This document shows positions 35,351 to 47,273 of a DNA stretch of 64,000 nt, piece by piece (position 1 is the first letter of the stretch; every line of letters begins with the position of its first letter). The notes beneath the pieces are model-generated. The model ran no database searches and had not been told where the DNA came from. It worked only from the letters and a program-made list of their open reading frames with translations. The translations under genes were made by a program, and so were the position numbers. The stretch lies in contig CM106585.1 in the NCBI GenBank assembly GCA_048013815.1, positions 1,054,001-1,118,000 on the forward strand, in the 5' to 3' direction. Origin of the DNA: Setoptus koraiensis (lineage: Eukaryota; Animalia; Arthropoda).

Positions 35351-36562
35351 ACACTCACCAAAACAAAGCGATTCAATCAGAGAACAGCGCAACAGGCGTC
35401 CAATGAAGCACATGTTGCAACGCGCATGAAACTAACGCGCAACTATACAATATTAGTATGCGTCGGACGCACTACAATAGTTCTGCAAGCGCGCATCCAC
35501 ACAGCATTGTGAGTCACAATTTGTGAGACGTGTAGCGCAGATTAAATGGCGACAACCAGACTTGATGCCGATTGTGTGCCGCTTCGGCACACAAAGGTAA
35601 AATTGCGCGCTTTTGCCCATAGGTTCACACACAGGCCCAGACACACAAACTGCATGCAAGGCTTATAGAGAGAACGCGAAATGGAGGTGCACGCAAGATT
35701 AAAAGTCTAGTGCTGTTGATGCTGCAGAAACGCGCATCAATCAAAACATGCATCACGCATCAAAGCCCGGCACCATGCGCGATCGCATCAACATATTGTA
35801 TGCACCAGGACAGGGGGCGTTATCGGTACCCCGCTTGCACCTCGGGTGCAACCGTCCCGTGACCAGAAACATTCAGCAACATGAACGATCGGCGGTGTTT
35901 TTCCTCAAGACGCCGCTCCAGACAGTTTCTTATCTTACAAAATCTTGCCAGTCGAAATCATTTGAATTAACGTGTTGCTAACCATTTGAAGGGGCATATG
36001 ATAGATTATTAGACCGATGGATTATTAGACTGAGCCTATAATGGGCCGACAACACGTTGGTGAGCCTCTCAGATGAGAATATGATTCGTCTCAAGCGACA
36101 AGTGTCCGTGTGCATTCATCAGACAATAAGATGGCGACCATGATGGGGTCCTTTGTGGGGTCAACCCAGTCAAAACGTGGCTATGCTCTATACACTTTCA
36201 CGTGGACATAGTTGAAATGTTGTTATTGACTTGGTCAATTTGACAGATAGTTTCGCCAAGCCAAATAATGAGACAAACAATAATGATGATAGATAACTGA
36301 CTTAGGGAGATTCGAACGTCATCGGTGGACTGTTATTTATATTGTAAAAGAATCTCATATAATGTAATTATATGTAAAAGTATGAACATCAATTGTCTTG
36401 TTTGTGTATCTATATTTATATGTATTGTACAATGACCAATCCTCATTGACAACATCTAGACAAATCTCTAGAAATTTCAACCAGATTGTTATTACTATGA
36501 AAAAGTTGTCTCTCATACAGAATGTGTTTATTGTAACGAGGTGATTGATCACCAATAGTCTA

Positions 36563-38206
36563 TTACCAATTGCATGATAAAGATGATGATTTGAGTGCCA
36601 TAAAACTAGCCATCATGGAGGCCAACGCCATCAGCACGCTGCTGATAGTGGCCACTTGTTGAGATCCGCTACAAACATCGCGACTAAAATCACGACAACT
36701 ATACACAATGTCACGTTTCTTTGTCGACATCAATATGTCCACTGCTGTTGGCGATGAATCGGTACACCTGTCCAGGACAACACGGCTAATACAGTCTCTA
36801 AACTGATAAAGAGAACTAGTTGAATAATAAGATAAACAATAAGATTGTTGATTGTTATTAGTATTCATTTGAATGTCACAGGTAATTCAGAATGAGCTTA
36901 TCATTACTACAGATAACACCTACCAGCAGATTCTACGCTGAATCTCATTCCCATTACGAGAATCCCTTGCTGCTCTATGATTTTCCACCAGAGTCTCTTC
37001 GCATTCTCGAGTGAACGGGGCCGCTCTGTTTGGGCAGTCACTCTGCAAGTCGATAGGGTCATAAGTGCCCATAGTAAGTCGGTCTATATGAAAGGAAAGA
37101 AAAAAGAGTTCAATGTTATGTTATGTTGATGCATGATGAGTTAGAGTCGATGTTACGAGCAACAATTTCAAAACAATTATCTTGTATCACTCACCATTCA
37201 TCATAGACGGAGGTAAACGAGACAGGGAGCCGTCATAGGGATAACCGTTATCCTTAAATGGATCTCTGTATTTTTCCCAAGGTCTGTCGCGCGATTGCAT
37301 ACTATTGCCGCTAGATCCATAATAGGGCAGCATAGGTCGTTGGGGCTCGAAGCCACCATTGTAATGTGGCGGTTGTTGAGGCGACAGAATTGTGTTCGGA
37401 TATTGACTGAGACCATAATTATTATTTGTGTTATATTGACCATTATTTGAATATATGCCATTAGTTGAATTAGAGACACAACGCCAAGCTAAATCGCTGG
37501 CCTCATCAATGAGATACTCGTTGAGCATATCCAGTTCGCTATTTTTACAACTGAAGCGAACATATTGTTCAACGCATTGTCTAAACGATTGATAGTTTTG
37601 ACAGGAATGATGATTGGGTGCCGAGGCCAAATAAGACGAGGCCGATGGCGAGTTTGTTGCAAAGCCGTGTCGCTCTTCGCAACTCCTAACATCGGGCGAC
37701 TTGTAACAGTAGCTGTTTTGCCAGGTTAAATCGGGTTGATTGCACTGGTTGGTCTCGAGAAAACGCTTTGCTCTCAATATAACGTCGGTGTTCATGGCAG
37801 CGGGCAGGCCCTGATTGTAGCAAGCCGGAGTGGTCATCAGTAGGCAGTCTAGGTTGTTGCGTACAAGTCTACATGTTGTGCAATATGTTAAAGTAGACAC
37901 AATTCAGTATTAGTATTGAGATATTGAGGTAGAGAGATATTCGAGATTGCTGGATAACCATTGAGTGGCTTACCTGCAGGTGGCGACGCTGGCGTAACCC
38001 GAGCTCGAGTGTGGCGATATCTGATTGGAGGAATAAGGCGGTCCATTGCTCAATTGATATTGGCCAATTTGTGCCGCCCCGCTAGACTGTATATCTCTGA
38101 GGGCCTCTCGTTGACACAATGACAAGCGCGACGAATCGCATATGTTGTAATATTGTTGTTGCGCCTCACCAAAGAATATTCCCGCTATTAAGGGCCATAG
38201 GAACAT
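36563..38206 (-). CDS. Secreted Cys-rich protein with a hydrophobic C-terminus (possible GPI anchor; DUF19-like repeats); exons 37974..38206, 37195..37868, 36924..37083, 36563..36815 (439 aa)
   Basis: Signal-like MFLWPLIAGIFFGEA. Four exons are joined by phase-consistent GT-AG sites (total 1320 nt). Repeated C-x-F/Y-x-x-C helical cysteine motifs (CQNYQSFRQCVE; ICCSLYQFRDCIS) and C-terminal VLMALASMMASFMAL. The family label is an inference. Confidence 0.8.
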
Positions 38207-38469
38207 GACAGCAGATTTATAGTGATTTGAATTAAATATAGCAAAGTTAATTAGACTGGTGGATAAAACAATTGTGTTTGTTTACATTCACAATTATAAG
38301 CTGATATTATGCTTGTAAAACACGATGCGATTACACTGACACTGCTGCATTATAGCTGCTGGAAATGCTAACAAATGGAGATTATTCAAGAACACTCTCG
38401 CTTACATGATGACATAATGTGGTTCATCGCAACCAGCCATTACCTAATAGCTAACCACTACCGGTTAAA

Positions 38470-38525
<56 letters not shown>

Positions 38526-40433
38526 TCATGGTAACGGGCTATTGAGCGGCCAATGAACAAGCGCGTTGCCATTGTGAATTTTGGAATAAACTCGCTGCAA
38601 CTAGACGGGCACAATAGTGCTCACATCCGGCCTCTTTCTCTGCATCTATCCAAGAACCTGTCACCATGGCAAGCCAACTGGGCCAACTGATAACAAGCCT
38701 AATAAGAGCAACAAAACTGTTAAATTGATTGCTCATATTGCATATTACGAATAAAAATAAATTTGCAAATCGCTCATTCATCGGTGGCAGTGGCCCGGCA
38801 AGGTGCATGCATCTCAGGCATGAACGCATGATTGTGAATGATGATGATGATGATGAGCTAATGACTATTTGCAATGAAGCCCCAATGCAGTGTAGCTGTC
38901 ATCATGGTTCACGGTTGACGTGTTGTATGGCATCTCTCTGACGACAACAATACCCGCTCACCATTGTGATTTAAATTGCCGTGGCCTGTTTAACAAGCGC
39001 CATTCTTTTCGCAAATATTTTCATGTTTGTGTAATATGTTTTGGTGATGATATCTGACACAAAGCCAACATCAATCAATCTCGGCCACTTGTCTCATTCA
39101 CCTGCTCGCCGAATATTCGAGCCCTTTCAGCGACAATCGGCCGACATTGGCACCACTGATACAGCTGACTGATAATGGTTGTCAGTGGCAAATATGCAAA
39201 CAACTATTCATATATTCAATTGGGTCAAGTTGCTCATAGCGTATGTGTGAATGCGTCTATTTTAAAACTGGACCATCTGTCGGTGATGCTGGCCCATCGT
39301 TGGCCCAGCGCCGATTTTCAACACTGAATAACTGATCAATTCCTGTTTGTTTATTTGTTTGTGTGTGTGTGACGTGACACGCAAATGAGGGACAACCTTC
39401 ATCGCGATTGTTGTTGTTTTGGTTGTTGTAACTACATGTAAAACTACCTGTAAAACTACCTGTTTGTGTGTAGTCCTTTCAGCTCTCTAAAGTTTATAGT
39501 CTAAACAACAGTTCGCTTCTCTGCACAACAGGTTGGCTGTACGCGTTAAATGTCGTTGTATGTTTACACTAAATATAGTATCGGTGCGTTGAAAGCGTGT
39601 TGTTTTTGAAAATATTTCTTGAAAAATGACAAATGATTGTCAGCAAGTGCACCGGCCGCTACTACTACTGATAGTATGGGTGCCACTTTCGCTCACTTGT
39701 ATCATCATTTAGCCTAGACAAACAAACGAAATAGACACATTCGTTGCTTACATGGTGCACATAGCTCACAAACCATTTTTGCATGGTCTAGGCGGAATAG
39801 TTTGGGCGGATATAAACAAACAAACAAACACAAACACAACTACTACTAACAAACCTGGCTAAATGCAAACTATTCGCAACATAACCAGAGCCTTGATATT
39901 GAACTTGTGTCTTGTCAGCAACTTGTCTAAAACTGCGTTAGGCCAATAGGCAATTTATTGGATTGCTTGTTGATATTGGATTGGCTGTTGTTATTGAATT
40001 GCTTGCTGTGTGTCCGTGTCGCTGTTGATTGTGTCAATAACTTATCATTGATCACCTTTGCTGTCCGCATGCAAATCAACAACAATCTCACAGGCAATCT
40101 TACAATTACCAGCACGGCCAGTGTAACATAACTAGCTGGTTAGACGTGACAATGTAGCGATGATGTTCATGATTGGATTATTTGAGCATCGTTACAATTC
40201 ATCAATTCCATTGCCTGACCAACTGATAACATCAATCGATCAAACAAACCGCCCATGTGAACCAACTGGCACGGCAAGTAGCATCGTCGAATTCGAAAGT
40301 ATAAATGAGTATAATATTCTCTCTCAACTTACAATTGACACAGTTGATATAATTGATACAATTTGAATAATTTAGCCAACTCTAACAAGACCCTCATTAG
40401 CAAACAGATAAATTCCGTTGGATATAAGACAAA

Positions 40434-40849
40434 ATGATATCACTCAGCACAAGAGTGTTTGTGGTACTTGTGATCGGTATGTTTGGCGTCGCCACTGGAT
40501 GCTTGAACGTCGATCCGCAAGCGCCCGCAATCAGCAACAACGGCGAGCCGCCCAGATTGGTGAACCCGCTGTCTATGTTGACCAGTTTGCGTGATCACGC
40601 GCTTAGAACGCAACAATTCTTGCAAGATGCTCACTCGCGTCTCAATCAGAATCTGCTGCTCACCGGACAACAACAACAACAACAACAAGATGCCCCACAA
40701 ACAGCAGCCAAGACGGCAAACAATTTATTGCCACAAAAAGCTAACGGTGAGCAATCGTCGCAACAAGCATCGGGCGGCCAAAATGGGGCACCGTTGAGCC
40801 TGGCAGGATTATCTAGCGGACTGATGGCACTGGCACAACAACAACCAAT
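40434..40849 (+). CDS. First coding exon of a secreted Q-rich protein; downstream exon uncertain (candidate 45962..46010)
   Basis: Signal peptide MISLSTRVFVVLVIGMFGVATG, a 139-codon open frame and a strong phase-2 donor AT|GTAAGT. Confidence 0.65.
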
Positions 40850-41497
40850 GTAAGTGTTGCTGTCACACAGCTTTGAGATATATTTTAGCTCGTATTTGCA
40901 ATCTATCTAATAATCGCTGCAGTTCTCGTTTGATTAAAAATTTAGACCGAGATCTTAAATGATGCAAACAATATCCGTTAATTGGCGATGTGAAACCAAT
41001 GTCATATTTTGACTACCAGACTATTGCTCGAGGATCAACAACAACACAAACACGTTTGGTGGCATGTTTGATGTTGCAACAACTACACACAAATATTGTC
41101 AGACCGACTAACAATGAATACACCAACTTTCATCTAAACTACTATCTATAGCAAGTTCATCCTTGTTACTACCTGTTGCCTACTGTTTCTGTCGGTTGCT
41201 CACTGTCGCTTATTGCACACTTGTTATACTGTCACTTGTCACCTGTTGCATATCTCTCTCTCTCTCTCGCTCTCTCAAGTTGATTTATCACTAGCAACTT
41301 GACTTGCAAATGGCGATTGTCAACAGCGTTTGGCTGCTGCAACACACACGCACTTGCACACGCACGTTGCCGACTAGACAGCTAAATGACAGCAACCAAC
41401 AAAGAGTTTTCTTCTTTTCTTCTTGTCTTACAATCTGAAATGTAGTTAGTTTATCGAGGAACACGTCGCTTTATCAATATATCGGCCGTTGGCGAGT

Positions 41498-43028
41498 TTA
41501 ATCATGTCGCTTGTTGTTTGCTATTGATTCAACAACAGCAACAAGGACAGGTGATGTGTTGCTGGCAGCAATATTGGCGACAATATTAGGCAGCATCCAT
41601 AGCAGCAGTATGAGTTTGTCTTGCATCTTGTTAAATAGACAAGACTCTCTCTCTCTCTCTCTCGCTCTCTGGCAAAGTGTCGTCACGACAAGCGAATCAA
41701 GTGATGCGATAATAGCATAAATGGCATTATCACGTGCCTCTAATGTCATTTCCTCGATCGAGTGCTTTTTGTTTAGCTTGCATATTGCATAGAGTGGCAT
41801 GGATTCGAGCGAGTGCCGCATGACTGGCAAAAGTGCGACAATAATCGCATACTGTCACACGATTACGCTATTGCTCACAACACTTGTCGAGAGCAGCACA
41901 TTATCGGCGATAATCTAGTTACGTTCGATTGCTTTAATTAGCAATGGATCAATTGATTGATTAAGTCTATTTAAGTGTGTGATCGTGTTACAAATTAATA
42001 TGAGATACGTACGGTTTGGTGTGAGACAATTCATGAGAAGCAGCATCGGCACAAACACTATGCCGACGGCTGTTGCGGGTGCCACGAATAACATGACAGC
42101 TGATATATATATTATCACACTTGCCAATGAACTATCAATTGGCGATCGATCGGCGATGAGACGAGCAACTTTGTAGACTAACCACTTGTTATTGTGCGAT
42201 ACGTATTGAGACGCGTCGACGAGTTGCAATCGATTAGAAGTGATGGCTGTTGTTGCTTGACTTCACACTGACAGTATTGCTAGTTTAATTAATTAATGTA
42301 TCGAGTTGCTATATGAGACTGTTTTGGAGAGTTCACTAATTTAAATTTGTCCACTCTTTAAATTTGTCGTGTCCTCATGAATTTGATGTGTTTGTGTCTA
42401 ACTGACTTGTTGTTATGATGAGTTCATTTTGGTGTCTGTTGCCCTAGTGACAACTTGTTTGATTACAACTATATTAGCGGTACTAATAATAACAATAATA
42501 ATAATGACAACAATTGTCAAGTTCAGACACACTCACACACTCACACACAGACACACAAAATATAAAATAAAATAAATTTTCAGTGAGTAAAATAAAGTAA
42601 AATAAAAGTTGTTGTATGGCCGGTATTTCACTAATTCATTGGTAAGTTGGTTAGTTGGTTGACTCCACCCAGACACAGTGTGTTGCTGTTGTTTTAGTAT
42701 TAAGTGTTCTCTTCTGACTGATGCGTGATGAGACTGATTAAGTTAGACTGATGTATAATCAGTATAATTGTTATGCAACCACAATGGTATTTGTTGTTGT
42801 TGTTGTTGCTGCTGCTGCTAATAATTTTGTTATATTTTCATGTTCGGTTACAGTCACATTGATGTTGCTGTAGTTCGATTGGTTGTTGTGGCTGGTTGTT
42901 GTTGTTGCTGTTGCTGCTGCTGTTGTTGCACCACCTTCGAATGGTATCTGCTCACTGTCGCTTGCAGTCGTCAATGCTAACTCGACACTGACAACAACAA
43001 CCACCACAAAAAGCAACCACTGAAACAA
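41498..43028 (-). CDS. Tentative secreted or membrane protein; candidate exons ?..42956, 42013..42246, 41498..41823
   Basis: Three open segments are linked by phase-1 sites (A|GTGAGC with aacaacag|CC; C|GTACGT with cacttttgccag|TC). Hydrophobic segments FQWLLFVVVVVVSVELAL and SVIIYISAVMLFVAPATAVGIVFVPMLLL. No ATG exon or homology identified. Confidence 0.4.
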
Positions 43029-46000
43029 GGTCTGTCTAGCTATAACCTGACGACTATGACGTTAGTTACGACACACAAACAAGCATAACTTATGCTTGTG
43101 CGGCAAGCTGTAAGGCAACGGTGAAGAGTTGTATAGTTTGTTAAATGAGTTTACATTCACAAATACACACAAACGTATAAAATTGTTGTATTCACTTTCA
43201 CTTTCACTTTCTCTCTCTCTCTCTCTCTGGCTCGTTCGTGCTGTTTCGTTCCTTTGGCAAGCTCGTCGTGTAACAGCATTGAGTTGCGCTGTGCTGTTAC
43301 TGTTGTTTTTTACTGATGAATGAACACACAAACAAATGAGCCAGAGAGAATTATCATCATTTTATCATGCTTGTCTGTATTTAGATATCGACCATGGCTT
43401 CTTCTCTCCTCTGTGTGTCAGTTCGTTTTTAGGTCGTGTTTAGGCCATGCCAAACAACACATTCAATTTTACTCTTCAATTGCAACCGGCGATTGTCCAA
43501 AACAAAACAGGATATGCCACCATCAAATGTTCACTTACTGCTATATAATTAGATCTAATTAGATCTAATTGCCGGCTATCACAACTACACTACGCCTCTC
43601 ATTCAGATAGCTCTAACTAATTACTAGACCATCTACTAACTATTGGCAGATATCGGATGAACACACAGGGCATGCAATTGACTTAAATATAAATATTGAG
43701 CCATTATTCACTTATCAACTAATCAACACAACAAAGATTGCAAGTGGCCGCTATCTGTCTCGCAATTTGCCTCTATCCGGTGCCCAATGAGTCACCTGAA
43801 GACAGCCAAAAGTGCACCATTAACAATGGTAAGCTACTGTTGAGCTAGCAAATATCATTTGTGTCAGGTGTAACTTGATCTTGCACTCGCAATTACATAA
43901 CTCTCTCTATACTTTGCTGCTTATAGTGACTACAAACCAATATAAATACATGTATTCTATTCTCTGTATTAATGTTATTATATTATTATTAATATTAATA
44001 TTATTGCTATCGACAAGCGCTATTATTGTTACGGTTATTGCATAACTAGCACTATTGGTGGTGCACAATTGTGTCAAACACACACGTCACGAACAGTTGT
44101 TGTGTGTAATGAATATTGCCATACTGATCTAAATACATCTATTCCTAGTTATGCTATCCCACATATTTCTGTCAGGCTACAATTTTTCCGTTATTTTCTC
44201 TTCTCTTCTGCTCTTTTTATTTGTGTGCTGTCGGGCTATAGCAACCGTTGGATAGCAACGCGCCATTTCATAAGCTGTTCTAGTTACCTGTCTGTCCGGT
44301 TTATCTGGATACTTTATCTGGATAACATCTCATGTGGCCAGGCAATGAGTGCGCCAGCATGAAATGCGCGTGCTTTGTTTGTTGTCTAGCTAGCGCGTGA
44401 CAACATTATATATTGTCAATATGTGTGGCCTATATCGTGCCGATATTATGCCGATATCATATGATATCGACATGATGAATTGGCCCAATGGCATTGGCAA
44501 GCTCACCTGTGTTGTAAGTGTGCCAGTTAGAGAGCGGGAGAGACAAATGGGCGACGACATTGAAAAGCTATCACGCTTATCTCTGTGCCAGCGCAAGTAC
44601 TGGCCTCACAAGCGACTGATTGTGGCGAGACCAGTTGGTGGATAAAGATAAAATAACAGTTTAGCGATTAGTAGCCAGCTAACCGTTTGTTTGTGTGCTC
44701 CATCCTGTCGACTGTGCCAACAACATCCAACAATCATAATTTACAATTGTGATTAATCTTTCTCAACAATTAGCCGACTCACAATCAATTACTAGAGTTC
44801 ACATCAAGTCGCTGTTACATTGAGTGCGTTGAGTAAGGCAACATTTGAATAAGTGCACTTGGCGCAATTGGAGAGCTCTTGTTCGTGACCAGCGTGTGTC
44901 TCGACTAAACTAGCATTTGTTGGTCGCGCTGATTGGCCATCATTTAGCCGGCACCAGCCGACTATGAATGCAAGTGACGATACTTCAAATTGATAGCGCA
45001 CGAACATTTCGCAATTGTCTGCCAATTACGTCGGCCACCAACAACAAACAAATGCCTTCAGGTAACAATTCGTTCGGTAGGTGTTCTCAAACGCAAACAA
45101 CAACAACATTCACTTCCAAATGACTCAACCGGCAGTCATTTTAACACGCTTGTCACTCGCTTTCTCCATGCGAGCAACACTTGTTCTTCAATTGATAGTT
45201 TTTCTATCCATTTTGTTTTCATTTAATATCTTTATATCTCAATTTTTGTATCTGTGTATGCAGCCAAACAATACAGAGGAACGATGGTGCTTTATTGATT
45301 GTCGTCGGCGTCAGTGTCAATTCACGCAAATTATTACTCACAGTAATAGTCGATAAGCACGCCGGCCACAGGGTATCGCACCCAATCTAACCAAACATTC
45401 AATTGATTGCCACAAATTCAATTTAACCATTATGTGACTTGACACGAAGTTTCAGCTGGCTCAACAGCAATTGCTATTGTCGCTGCTGCCACTGATATCA
45501 ACCATGGCAACGCACGGCCATTACATATTTTATCATTATATATTATATTATTATTAAATATTATATTATATTTTTTACGATCACTAACAAATGAAACAAG
45601 TGACGAATGATGATGGTTGCAGCGACAGACATTTGAAATAAATCGATTGATTGATTGACAGCGGATGTCAATGATCCCATTTGTGTGTATGATAATGCTC
45701 ACAGTTTGGTGTCATCTCGATTTGGCGACACATAAGTAGCAACGAGACACCTCATCAATTGAGACAACCGTTGACACCAATCTTTCACTGGTGACAATCT
45801 TCAATTGTTTGTTTGTCAGCTTTAATTTGCATACACTAGCCAATGGAGAACGCTACACATATTGCAGCCACTGTTAATTAAACTCAATTATTTCTTTCCT
45901 TTGTCAACTCAACATGACATATCAAACACTGAAATACAAACTGTGAGTCTTTTCGCTTCAGGTGGGCGCGTGGGCGAAACCGCAACGCTGCTTCATCAAA

Positions 46001-47273
46001 TCCGGATTGAAGCTTGTCACCGAAAGTCGTGCCACCGAAGTCGACCCTGACTAATTCGAATGGCGTGCTGTTTCGTCTTGTTTGCAGAAACTCACAGGTG
46101 GAGATGCTGACGGAAGAATGTTAATCCTATTGATAACATTGGATCAGTGGTTAGTGAGCATAATGAATCAAGATTAAAGTTAATCTAAAAAAGAAATTCT
46201 CTCTGTATGTTTGGTTGTTTTTTTCATCAATGACATCATTGATTGTTGCATACAGTGGTGTGCTCATACATCAACTGCTGCTCGAACATATCGAGAGAGA
46301 GAGAGAAAGTTATAGCGTGGAGAAACGAGCTGAGAATCAAAGCCTCTGATCTAATGATCTATGATCACGCAATAAATCTAAAGACATTTTAAATACAATT
46401 CAATTCAATTAGATCCAATTGAAAGCCTATTATGTTGTTCTCAGCTTTCATGGCTTATGGCTCCTAGTTGGCTAATGGAACAACAACAATTTTATTTTAA
46501 ATCTTTCTATTATGTCTCTGTGTTGATAGTAAAACAATAAAATAAAATACAACAAAATGGCTGTTTAAATTTGAACAACTCATAGAGAATATCGTATAGA
46601 GAATATTGTAAATATTGTACATACTACAAAAGACAATTGCAAACAATATTTGTTGTGCTGGTTCATTCGCTGTTGTTGTAGACTTGTGTCGGAATGCTCT
46701 TGAATTATCCACTTTGATAGCTCTTTAGTTTAATGGCAAGTAAAGCAAGACAAATAATGAATAAACTGGGCGCAACTGCTATGTTGGGCCAATGTCAATG
46801 AAAACAGTCTCAGCAACTTTATTACATAGTCTACAAAACACTCCTTGAAATAATCTTTCTGATACCTTTGAGTGAATCAAACATTTTTTTGTTGTCAAAT
46901 CTGTTGCTCAGAAATAGAAATCAAGTTCAGTAAAGTTATAAATAATGATTGCTGTTGACAAGCCCTTCATCGCCAATAAACACATTAGCATAATGCATAT
47001 ATCAGAAGCAACAATTAGTCCATCACAATAGTATCAATCAGTAGTGCCTTGTTGGCTGGCGTGCGTGCTGGTGCCAATGACAAACAACAATGGAAACAAG
47101 TGCAGCTTTCATCTTTATAATTCAACATACTGCCCAAATTGTCATCATGTTTCGTGTCGCAACCCACTAATAGTAGTGTCATCAACAATTTATGTGACAT
47201 GGCATCCTAAGTTAATTAGTTAATTGATGAGCAGCAATTACATTGTGAACAAATAAACAAATTATTGTTGTCG

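Noticed and set aside
35573-35606. Hairpin with CTTCGG followed by TAAAATTG, resembling the 5' end of U6 snRNA
   Set aside because: No ACAGAGA box, ISL or 3' U-tract follows, so it is not U6.
46902-46914. 13-nt match to the 3' part of miR-315
   Set aside because: The seed region does not match and no precursor hairpin is evident.
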